Shown here one piece after another: positions 14,701 to 25,588 of a DNA stretch of 64,000 nucleotides (position 1 is its first letter; each line of letters opens with the position of its first letter). This DNA is from Selaginella moellendorffii (taxonomy: Eukaryota > Plantae > Lycopodiophyta). The stretch spans positions 2,115,544 through 2,179,543 of the forward strand of contig NW_003314269.1 of the NCBI RefSeq assembly GCF_000143415.4, read 5' to 3'. The notes under the pieces were generated by a model that ran no database searches, was not told where the DNA came from, and saw only the letters and a list, made by a program, of their open reading frames with translations. The position numbers and the translations under genes were made by a program.

Positions 14701-15367
14701 ATTAGCGTTGATACGAGGGGCATCCAAGGGAAGCCTGAAAAGGTGAGTATGTATTTTATATTTTTATCTAATTTCTAAACATTTTTATTTTCCAGGTTAT
14801 GATGTGGACCTATCATGCCTTCTGCAGAAACACACATGATGGGTTTCGTGATAGCGAACGTGCAGCACGTGTTTTGCCTGGGTATGACAGTTCCACTAAC
14901 ATCATACCCAACCTTGTGGATGAGCAGATCCGCAACACGTTTCCAGGGTACCGATTCCGAACTCCATCAGCAATGCAAGTCTTGCTTGAGCTCTATTGCC
15001 CACCAGATGGTATTGTGATTGATTGCACAGCAGGTAGCGGTTCTATGGTGGAGGCAGCACATGACTCTAGTAGGTCGGTGTTTGCTATTGAAGAACATCA
15101 TTTCTTCAAACGTCGGCTCAGAGGATTTCGTGAGTTGCCTTCAACCTCAAAGAGGTAAATTATGTTTATTAAAATTTCAATATATATTTCATTCTATTTT
15201 ATAGATCATAGTCACCTAGAGTTTCTAGAATTGAAGGCTTTGGAAGTCTCCCTGACTATGCAGAAGCCATGGCTCAACATATGCAAGGTGAATCTTCCCC
15301 ACAATACCACTATAGGAGGAAGTATAAAAGAAATCATTATGTTGATGATGAGGCAGATGAAAGTTAA
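11738..15367 (+). pseudogene. MULE cargo gene: Pro-rich N-terminus, ParB/Srx-like domain, beta-class N6A/N4C DNA methyltransferase-like domain; about 9 exons with premature stops
   Basis: IREIPL..L...VR and FQIIDGNH(R) at 12574-12594 (ParB-like); ADFILFDFPDG at 14476-14487 (motif IV position, normally DPPY); RTPSAMQVLLELYCPPDGIVIDCTAGSGSMVEAA...RSVFAIE (motifs X-I, 15021-15041). GT-AG introns. Stops at 12592, 12604, 13657 and about 15209. The 5' end may lie in the N gap. Confidence 0.8.
11858..12093 (+). repeat. CCA/CCG-rich low-complexity tract encoding poly-proline
   Basis: Direct sequence; lies inside the first visible exon of the ParB-MTase gene. Confidence 0.9.
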
Positions 15368-15657
15368 TTGCATCCTTACATAAAATGGAAAGCTTGTTAT
15401 ATGTTAGATGTCAGTAAAATTGTCAGATGTCAGTGTCAGTGTCAGATACCATAATTATAGATTATCATTCTCACTTGTCACCATCACTTTGTAGCGTTTG
15501 TGTGTTGCCATCTCCTCCTTCAACATTTTGTAAACAATTGTATGTGATATGATAGCACCTTCTAGAACAAGGTATGTTACCTACAACTAATATCATTTTA
15601 TTATATTTTTTCTTTTAATAGTGACAATACTATAGTATAGTAAAGTAATTCTAGATC

Positions 15658-16203
15658 TTACATTCCACTATAGGGTGGCCTAAAAACCCCATATTTTGCA
15701 CTAGCCAATGCAGTGTTTCCCAAGGGGATGTTGTTCCTCACCATGAAGCAATAATGGGTATGTGTCTGTAACTCATTCTTGAATCTATTGTACATCCATA
15801 TGTGCACATTTTCCAGACTTGCCATTGGGCAATTCTTACAGTGCTCAAGAAAAGTTTGTAAACCCATAGGGCCATTTGTCTTGTCCAAAAAAAAATAGCA
15901 TATTGGACACCGAATGTAATAGCGTTCTGTGCTTTCAAGTAGTCCTGCCATGTCAGGAGCAAGATCTTGCAAAAACATGTGGCATTGCTCTTGAAGCGCT
16001 AAAGGCAATCCCTCTCTAGTAGCAAGATCCGGAATTTCACATATAGGGAGCTCTAATTTAGCTTCACTAGAGCCCTCAGCAGAAAAAGGATTGTTATGTA
16101 GAGGTGAAGGTGGAATGTTGGTAGAACTTGGGGATGGAGGTGGAGATTGATATGAAATGCTGGGGGGCCAAGTACGATTAGCAATGGGTCTCCTTTGAGC
16201 CAT
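15658..16203 (-). CDS. MULE cargo ORF with zf-XS (SGS3/IDN2-type)-like zinc finger
   Basis: ATG at 16203 (MAQRRP); RCPICY...GLQTFLEHC...VHIWMYNRFKNELQTH resembles the SGS3 zf-XS pattern CPAC...L.PLL.HA...LH..L...L..EL. Confidence 0.6.
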   Translation of the reverse strand: MAQRRPIANRTWPPSISYQSPPPSPSSTNIPPSPLHNNPFSAEGSSEAKLELPICEIPDLATREGLPLALQEQCHMFLQDLAPDMAGLLESTERYYIRCPICYFFLDKTNGPMGLQTFLEHCKNCPMASLENVHIWMYNRFKNELQTHTHYCFMVRNNIPLGNTALASAKYGVFRPPYSGM

Positions 16204-16292
16204 TTCAATATAAACTTCTAAGGAGCTCAAGGAGAACAAAAAACCTACAATGACTATAACTTTTCTAGATAGTTTATATACTAAGTTTTAGT

Positions 16293-16433
16293 CTTGGGAA
16301 TGAGGTTTATTTATTATGACACTGACAATACTCAGATTCTTGGGAACGAGGTTTATTTATTATGACACTGACAATACTCAAATTCTTGGGAATGAAGTTT
16401 ATTTATTATGACACTGACAATACTCAGATTCTT
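16293..16433. repeat. Three tandem copies of a 46-bp unit upstream of the zf-XS-like ORF
   Basis: cttgggaatgaggtttatttattatgacactgacaatactcagatt at 16293, 16339 and 16385 with 1-2 mismatches. Confidence 0.95.
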
Positions 16434-17042
16434 TAAATGTTAGTCTTGGAAATGGGGCTTCATAATCATAGCTTTCTTGTAAACATAAGAGCTTCTAGAA
16501 TCTAGATTATCGTGTATACACATGCTCTATCATTATGATGAATCCTACTTTACTACACATATAAGCTCTATTTCGTTAAAGTGGGAATTGTCATTATCCC
16601 ACTTGTAAAATAAGGTTTCCAAACCTTTATATAGTATATAAATATAACAAAATTCAACTGCATTGAGGCACATGCCATTTTATTTTAAACAAGGAAATGT
16701 CTACTCAATCACTTCTCACTGCTTCACCTCTCTCTTCTCCTTGTCATCGTCGTCTAATTTCTTTCCATCCTTTTAATATTGGCTCAGTTGCTCCGAGTCT
16801 AGGTGGAGCCCAAGTCCCCATTCAATCTTTACTTTCCCCTTATTAATAAAACAACTTCGTAGACTTCCAATAACATGCTGTAACACTTCTAGTATAATGC
16901 AAATCCTCTCAAAGAATTGTCTTTTAATATTAATACAATGGCATGGAACCCCATGCCATAATAAGTTACATTTTTAAATAAATACATGCCATCTCAGACT
17001 GTTATTTTTTGCCTCCAACGCCTATACAATAATCTTGGAATT

Positions 17043-20000
17043 TCATCTCTCCACACTATCAGGATTTAAACCCAATAGTAATGCCATCTCTTCTCTAATA
17101 CGTCCACGCTCATGTTCAGTGGTCGAAGAACCCATCCGGTTGAGCAGATTATGGAGATGCGGATAGTGCTTGGCTAGACAATATACATGCCATAAATGAT
17201 GACTGGTGTCTGTCCGATCAAATGGCTTCTGATATACCGTTCCATCTGCCATTTGGTTGATTTCTGCAGCCACCTCCTGGACTGGCCGGTTCTCTATCAC
17301 CATCGCTTCAAGCCGTTTTGCAAGGTCCCCCAGAACATACGGTTTCTTCTCCCTAGTTTCCATACTGCAAGAGATGGGGTGCACTGCATATGTGTGCGTG
17401 TTCGCTGCAGTTTTAATCGGCGAGTCATCGATGATGAGGATTTCACTTGACCTAGCAGTCCGGTTCATCACTACAGCCTCTGCCTTGACGAAGATGGGCT
17501 TGCTACCCCTCACATGGACCATAGTCAAGCAATCCTCCTGCGTTAGGAGAAAGTCAAATGGTAATATTACTCGCGTCTGATCGTGCATCATCTGTAGCAA
17601 CGTTAATGCATTGTGGCGCATCATGGATGTCCAAACTCCCAATTGCAAATTGAACCCGGCCCTCTGTTTTAAGTGTCGCATGGTCATTATTAGATCCCGC
17701 AGTTTCTCCCGTGTGATTAATGTGAATCTGTCTCTTTTGACCAACTTGCGACCGCAGGCTTTGGAGGGTGCAGTGACATTCGAGGACGAGCCACGCTCAT
17801 GGGAGAAAAGGACACCGTTCAGATCAAAAACGATACAATACTTTCGCCGTGACTCTGAAATGAAATGCGTCAGCATAAAAAATGGTACAAGTCAATTTTA
17901 CCATCTACAATATTAGCGAATGGTGCTCCCGATGGTCGTTCAGAGGGTTTTGGTCGAGGAAACGTGAAGGGCGGAAATACTCTCCTCTGCAATGTGGGGT
18001 CAATGGCATCCGATGGCGTGTGGGCACATGCCATTTCAGCTGTAGACTCTGGTACAACTGGCTCAACAGTGGCATGGGGTGGTTCCGATGGCGTGTGATC
18101 ACACGCCATTTCAGCTGGTGCCTCCGTTGGCAAAGTGGACATGACCGAACAGGCAGCAGGGGCGGTGTAGGGAGGTTCCAACGGCGCGTAGTCAGACGAT
18201 TGGGCACACGTTGGAAATGAGGATACGACCGGCTCGGCGGCTGGGGCGGCCTCATGCGGGTCCAATGGCGCCTGGTCACCGTCAGTTGGATACGTGGACA
18301 AGATTGACTCAGTGGTATGGGCAGCATCAAGTGGAGCGTGGTCAGCTTGCTTGGCGTTGATATGGATAGTAGCCTCCACCAGCTCTGATGACTCTTGCAG
18401 GCAAGTAGAGTCCACTGGCGGATCCATATGCATGTCCAAATATCTCCCTTCGATTGAGATGGTATCCTCCCGTGCTACTAAAAACAAACTCATTAGCACA
18501 TTGAATCGACTATACTGTATTTACCATCAACTGCTATTGAGGAACTAGGACCGATATCACTTGGGCGCACTGCTGATTCTGAAGGATTGGACATACGTTT
18601 CGACCCTTGCTTGGCACTATCCTTCCTCGACACTAAAGGCTAGAGTTTGTATCTTAATTCAACTGAATAATCTCTACTTACCATTTCTTCTGCGACCTAC
18701 ATGGACAATGTTAGAAATGGTAAAAGGTTAGGAATGGATGTACTATTATTTACCTGATGGTTTGTCTTGTATGACCTTCCTCCGCTGCTCTTTGGCCACC
18801 TCAGGCTGGCCATCATCGTCATCATCGTCATCGTCGTTATTGTGATCGTCACCATTGTGAGGACCATCCAAGTCCTCTTCGTCCTCCTCTTCTTCGTCCT
18901 CCTCTTCTTCGTCCTCCTCTTCGTCCTTCTGCTCTTCCTGCTCATTATCTTTCTCTGGCTCCTCATCCCCCTCTTGCATTTCTTCCATAGGCTGCTCAGG
19001 CTGGATTGCTTGTTTTTCCAGGACCATCTTGGAAAAATCATCTGGCCGAGTCTCCATCTCAAAATACAAGACATCCATAGCCTGTTTTAGTGCGTGACCT
19101 AGGACCGTATCCTCACCCGACTATCTTAACATGGTTTCTGCACGTTCTTGCACCCTTCGAAGACGACGAGATGAGAAAAACGTGGCCCTGACTTGAAAAG
19201 CATCCCTCATCCATTGTACCTCTCCATTGAGATTGGGGAAGGGGAGTCCGCCATAGGAATCTGAGTCAGAAGGTGGTGACTGGCTCCTTTCACTCAGCCC
19301 TTGATCTGCAATGAATGGCATGAGCACACACGCCATAACCGCGAGGCATTACCTATCATCTTTTCGTTGCCCTTCTTCCTTTTCGAATCAAACGCCTCTG
19401 ATCCCGACGACTGTCCAACGTGCTTTCGCTTTTTATGACCACTGTCAGTTTGAGCTTGGCTGGTGCTTGCCTGTTTTGCCTTTGAAGAAGTGTCTCCTGC
19501 AAGGAATGGCATGAGACCACACGCCATTGCAAATATAATTTGTACCTCCTTTTTTCCTATTGCTTGTCTGTTTGTCCTTCTTCGACGCGCCACCAGTGCG
19601 CTTTTCAGTCCTCGTGTCTGAATATTCACAACGATCTATAATCAAAATGGCGTGAGGCCTCACGTGACCTTACCTTGTGCAGGTTGTGACCTCGGCCTAA
19701 CATCAGTAGCTGTTAACGCCGTTTCAGCATCTGGGGGTGGCCACGCTCCTGCATACAGAGCTTGTGAGATAACATTTAAACTTAAAGTGCGTACTCACCA
19801 GGTTCGTAGAGAAGATACTGTTTTTCTTTGGCAACTGTAATTATATGCTCCATTGAAGTCACCTCTTCAATGGAGTTTGTCACCGCAACACACGGGACAC
19901 CCTTGAGTAGTGCGGCTCGAAAGAATAGTCCGCCGCAGTTGTACTCGACAACGTATTTGCCCTTGGAGTCACCCGCTATTGCGTTGAAGACCCAGCTGAG

Positions 20001-22340
20001 CATTTCCCATGCTGCACCTGGAGCTTTCTTTGGATTCGAAAGCTCCATAGCCGTCTTCAGTTCCTCAGGCACGGGTAAATTGACCTCCCTCAGATCAATT
20101 CGATCGGCTTTGTTGAACGAAGCTGGGAAGTCACTCCAGTCCCACTCTGCTGCAGGACCAATAACAAGGGCGACTGTGAAGATGCGGACATTCGTCGGTA
20201 TCTTCTTCTTAGCCATTATCCCATGGATCTCCCGCATCTCCTTGCCTTTCAACCGAGCCTTCACCTCGTTCAAGGCCTTCCAGAACTTGTGATAGGATTC
20301 GGAGTCGTAGATCATATAGTGGACTGAAGATTCCACCTCCGCAAGTCCCACCATTAAGTCAATGATGGAGCTGACTTCGTCTGCATGAGTGATCTCCTCG
20401 TTTGTGAAGTCCATCACACAAAAGATGTTCTTGACCTGCTCATCTCCGCGGGAAACGATGCTCCTCCACCTTTGATCTTCATCCGAATTCACGTATACCC
20501 GGTAAGGTTCTCGATAGGCCTCTGCTGCGGGGTCGAGCTGTTTCTGAAGCCGGCGGTCGACATCCCTCTTAATGAAATTTGGATACTGATCCAACTTCTC
20601 AGCTTTACTTTTCGTGGCATCCCGCAGCAGATCGATGAACTTGGGGGCCCCCTTCACGTACTCGTCGATGTCTTCATTTGACAAGTCCAGCTCTTCCATC
20701 ATCTCTTGCGTGGTGTCGATGCTCACCCTCGCCACGGCCACTTGCTCGAAGATCCAATCCTTCAATAGCGCACGAGCTCTCAGAGTCGTGCACAAGTCCT
20801 CGTATGTCACAATATGGCCGGGAGTCATTTTGGTCTTGTTGAAGACTACCTCACCAAGTAGAAGAGCATTAGCCACTGTCAGAAGGTCGTCGTCGTCTAG
20901 AGACCGCGAGAAACGCAAGGCGTTGAGCTTCAAATCATTGGGCTTCCGGCCGTCCTCCACACCCATTGAGTTTAGCAACTCCCCGTCATGGTACCTCCTT
21001 AGCACATCTACCCATTTGTCAAAAACAACTTTTGTCGCGAGTAGAATGTTATGGATGCTGAGTGTGTCATTGACCCCCAGTGTTTTCGAGAGAAGACTCG
21101 AGAATTCCTGCAATGGAAATGGCGTGAGGCCACATGCTATGCCACATGCAACGAGGCTTACCTGCCAGGCGCTAGTTGCTAGTGCACGTCCTTGTCCTGG
21201 TTTTTGTGGCTTCTTCAGTTGAACCCAGAGCTTCCGTGTTCGTGCCAATGTCTCGTGCAGACCCGATTTGTAGCACGTTTCTTGCTTGACATTCTGCGCG
21301 TGGGAGATGTATATGATAGATCGGAGGGGCGAGTTGCCTTTTATCAGGCAGACAACTCTTGTCTTGAAGACTTTCTTCACCTCCTCGCCCACCATAATAT
21401 CCACAACTATCTGTTGCATCGCCAAGCTAGAATGCTGCCCGGAGACGGCATAGAACCGGATGTTCTGATCGTCCAACACCTTTCTATTGATCAAGTCTGG
21501 AAACCTCGTCTCGCCCTTCATTGTTCGGTAGTAGGGGATCACGTCTGCGATGTCGGGTGTTACTGGACTTGCCAGCATCTTCTGCTTCAGTTTCTCCACC
21601 CACTCATCAGATACTAGCCTGTGGTTGTATTTGCTTTGGATCTCGATACGGCTCACGTCGATTGTATATACTTTGTTGGAATAGTAACAAGTACTATTAT
21701 CTGCGATGATTTTTGCTGCCTCTTCTTGCTCTTTCTGCTCTTTGCGGCTCTTCTTTTTGGTGGGTGTAGTGTTCGAACCCGAGGCAATGGCATCACCGAG
21801 TAGCTTCTTTTTTGGAGCAGCAGAGTCGGACGTCGGCTTGAGCTTGACCACCCTTTTCTGCTTCGGGGTAGTTTCCAGATCAACCCCCTTCCCCTTCGCT
21901 TCGCAAACTGGAGGCACTCTCAACGGCTCAATGTTAGAATATAGTTTTTGAACATCGCCGTAGGTGAGGTCCGTGGATTCCATGTGATCTTCATAGACCC
22001 GCAGCGTCTTTGAAATTGTGGGCCTCCTGGACAACCTCTCCCTAGCTCCCTCTAGGAATTCCTCATAGCCGCTGCCCCCCTCCGGGAAGCCGCTAGGATG
22101 TGCAAGGTGGATCTTGAAGGCGGACGCTGTCTCTACCACAAGTGCCAGTCCATATTCTTGCATGGAACTGCATGGAGTGTCTGTCACTTGGATGAGGATC
22201 CCCATGCATTCTTTTCTCCCACCATCTGTGTTGTACAGCATCAGATCCTCGCCTTCCATCCCGAAAGTCCAACTGGTGAGCTCCTCCCCCTTCTCTGCAT
22301 CCACATTGACAGTGGCTGGAAGAAGAACGCAATTCCTCGC
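17043..22340 (-). CDS. Sola cargo gene, about 1,610 codons when spliced: ParB-like domain, degenerate MTase-like domain, basic and acidic tracts, FCP1/SCP-like HAD phosphatase; one in-frame TAG
   Basis: YTIDVSRIEI..NHR and FYAVSGQH (21432-21449); VVEYNCGGLFFRAALLKGVPCVAV (motif I remnant); IVFDLNGVL, VWTS, KPIFVK, IIDDSP (HAD/NIF). GT-AG introns at 21108-21161, 19749-19798, 19618-19673, 19497-19545, 19306-19352, 18697-18753, 18633-18681, 18478-18524 and 17855-17901 keep the frame. TAG at 19121-19123. 5' exons unresolved. Confidence 0.75.
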
Positions 22341-22789
22341 CTGTTCAAAAATGCACAACAATTAGAGCTGACAGATGAAAAGCTAGCAGCTGGAAATAAC
22401 GTGAGGCCACACGCCATTCACCACTGCATCAGATGTCTTGAGGCTGCATCCTAAGATGGCGTGAGGCTACACGCCATCTGTAACCGGACTGCACTCGAGA
22501 GCCCAATCGGTGCATGCCAATGTTGCTACTGAATGGCATGTGGCCTCATGCCATTTTCTACTTCGTCTAAAAGACTTACCATTTGAAGCCGAATGGAGGC
22601 CGTGACAATCGAGGCCGGACTCGCTGGCGAATGTGCACTGTGTGTGCAGCGGATCGTAGCAGCAAGGCTACTCTGCCACTTACAGTTAGAGAGTGGTGCT
22701 GAAATCTCCCGGGACGCCAAGTGGGCTGCGTGTGGGTGGTGGAGTGGGCGGCGGAGTTGGCGGCGAAGTTACAAACTGGGTGTGTCTTG

Positions 22790-22965
22790 AAGTGGACGCC
22801 GATGCACACGAGCGCGATGCGAGCGCGAGTGTGATGCAAGCGCGAGTGGACGCCGATGCACACGAGAAACCTGTAGAGAAGTGAGCGTGATCGCGAGTGG
22901 GAGCGCGATGCGAGCGGGAGCGCGAGTGTGATGCGAGCGCGAGCGCAAGTGTGCGAGCGCGAGTA
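22790..22965. repeat. GC-rich GCGAGCGCGAGTG-type repeats near the 5' end of the Sola cargo gene
   Basis: Direct sequence; similar GTTGCGAGCGGC repeats at about 25090-25225. Confidence 0.75.
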
Positions 22966-24225
22966 CAAAGCAAAATGCAAAACCTAACCTCACACGCGCG
23001 AAATGTCACAACGGTTGGTAATCCCGCCACGTCATCATTCCTCGGACTTGGGCGCCACCATTAATTTCTGGATTGCCGCGCGCATGCAAGCACGCAAAAT
23101 CCAAAAGAAATCCGCAACGTCATCATTCCTCGGACTGCATGCACGCGAAATCCAAAAGAAAGATCATGATTGGGATATCATTTAATACCCTCGCTATATT
23201 TATACCATGCATGATTGGATATTCCAAAGCATCTTGTATTTCCAAAAATGGCAGATGTTCAGCTAAATAAAGAAATTCTATCTGTTTCTATTTTTCTCTC
23301 AAATCAATATTATAGCGTGTGGGCTCATGCAATTTTGAACCAAAGAAACCCAAAAAACGTTGGACCCAAAATATTTTGAAAAAACCCAAAAAACCCTAAA
23401 CATTTTAAACCCAAAAATCCAGGCGTCCTGTGGCGTTATTCCTTGAATGGCGTGTGGGCGCATGCCATTTTCAGGGCCAAATGCTGAATGGAGAAAAATT
23501 CCCTTTCAGTGCAAATGCTGCAAGAGGCAGATGCCGAGCACAAAGGACTGTAACTACCTCACATGACACAGATAAACTTTTCTCTATTTGGCAAAGATAA
23601 ACTTTATAGCGTGTGGGCTCATGCAATTTTGAACCCAAAAAATGCACCAAAAAATTCTCGGCGTCATCTGGCATTATCTCTTGAATGGCGTGGGGCCGCA
23701 TGCCATTTTCAGGGGCACATAGGAGTATATTCCTAGGATATGCTGACACGCGCGAGATTTTTTTGAGTTTTCTGGAGATCCAACCGTTAGATCGCAACTA
23801 GATTTTACAGAATGGTATACATGGTCTTTCTTGATGACCCTGCAAAGAAGCATCTCAATCGGACACCACATGAGACCACACGAGCCTTACAATGTTTCAG
23901 GGTCATTTGCCATAGATCCGACCGTCATTTGCTACAATGTTTCAGGGGCATTTGCCATAGATCCGACCGTTATTTTGCTCCAAGATTTCACAGTTTGGTG
24001 TGCATTGACCTTTCCATCGAAACTGCAAAGGGACATCACAATCAGATGCGGGATCACAAGAAACTAACTTCACTAACTCTGGTTTCACCAAGATCTACAT
24101 AAGGAGTTATAAAATGAAAGGACCCTCTCTATTGAAATGTGTTTATGGTCCTAGGGGCATTGTGACATATCAAAGGATTTTGCATCAAGTTCTGTATTTG
24201 CATGTTTATCAAGCTACTGAATTGC

Positions 24226-24258
24226 TAAACCCTAAACCCTAAACCCTAAACCCTAAAC
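24226..24258 (+). repeat. Short plant telomere-type array (CCCTAAA)4 / telo-boxes
   Basis: taaaccctaaaccctaaaccctaaaccctaaac inside the Sola intergenic region. Confidence 0.9.
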
Positions 24259-25588
24259 ATGTGGCAAATGCTGCGTGAAGAAAGATGCCCTTTCTGGGCA
24301 AATGCTGTAAGAGGCAGATGCCGAGCAGATGTATCTCAGGCTAGCGAAGGGGACAAACGAAAGCTAGCTATAAACATGACGGGATGCAAATAGATTACTA
24401 GGCTGGTCCTACGAAAATCAAAAACCATAATTGAAAACATTGAAAATGCAAAAAGAAAGGTTTATAATATTTTTGAATTTTAGGCAACCAAAGGAATGTA
24501 AGTAGGGCATGTGTTTGTAAGTTTAAAAATGCCTCAACCACTTAAATTCCCAAGTAAATAAAGCTGTTTCTATTTTTGGTACAGGTAAACTTTATAGCGT
24601 GTGGGCTCATGCAATTTTGAACCCAAAAATGCACCAAAAAATGCTCGACTAGCATTATTCTTTGAATGGCGTGTGGCCTTATGTCGAGCATTATTCTTTG
24701 AATGGCGTGTGGCCTTATATTGCCATAAATGGACGTACACACACAGCGTAATTATTCCTTTACACGGCGAATAATCTTGGCGCGGATCGCTGACATGGCA
24801 TGGCAAAGTTCGAATCACTGACATGGCACAGCTGGATCGAGGCAAGGACATGATGTGACAAAGTTCAACCTCCGACAGCAAAGTCTAGAAGCTACTCAGT
24901 TTGAAATTTGTCAGAGGAATCATAAGATTTGGTTTGTCAGAGGATTTGATGTGACGTTCAAGCGTGTGTTATTTTTGAATTCTCGAACTCATTCCTAGGT
25001 CTATCATTTTTGTGCGCCGTGTTCTTGGTTCTGCTGAGCGCAGTGAGCGCTGCTTGTGTAAGCGGCGTTGTGGGCTATGGTTTATGCGTCTACGAGCGGT
25101 TGCGGCATTGCGAGCGCCATTGCGAGCGACAGTTTATGCGAGTGGCAGTTTGTGCGAGCGGCGCTACGAGCAGTTGCGGTGTTGCGAGCGGCGCTACGAG
25201 TAGTTGCGGTGTTGCGAGCGGCACTGTCTTTGGTGTGGCTACCGCTTCCTCTTGATATTTGGCACTTGTGCTTCCTGGTATGTTCACCATGGAATGGCTT
25301 AGGACCACATTTAGAAATGGCATGAGGCCACATGCCATCTTGGGCCCTTGCAATTTCATGGCTAGCGTATTGTCATGTATGTTTTCACTTGCCTGCAGCT
25401 GTGTGTATATCAAGATGGCATGAGGCCTCATGCCAATTTTGTGAATGCGAAATTTCACGTGGGTGTCAATAGCATGTTTGAATAATGGCATGTGGCCTCA
25501 TGCTATTGAGGTTGTTTGGTATGTTATGATTTAGGCCATTCTCCAATCATTTTTTGTATGGTCTTAACTTCTTTTCTGCACTTTCAGA

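Noticed and set aside
11738-15367. Bacterial contamination or a restriction-modification operon
   Set aside because: The gene has multiple GT-AG introns, lies within TSD-bounded eukaryotic transposons, and no endonuclease partner is visible.
24226-24258. Chromosome end or telomere
   Set aside because: Only four units, internal to a transposon; better read as telo-boxes.
23471-25491. Small ORFs sharing GMRPHAI / MACGLMPF peptides as a protein family
   Set aside because: These peptides are translations of the DNA palindrome in either orientation.
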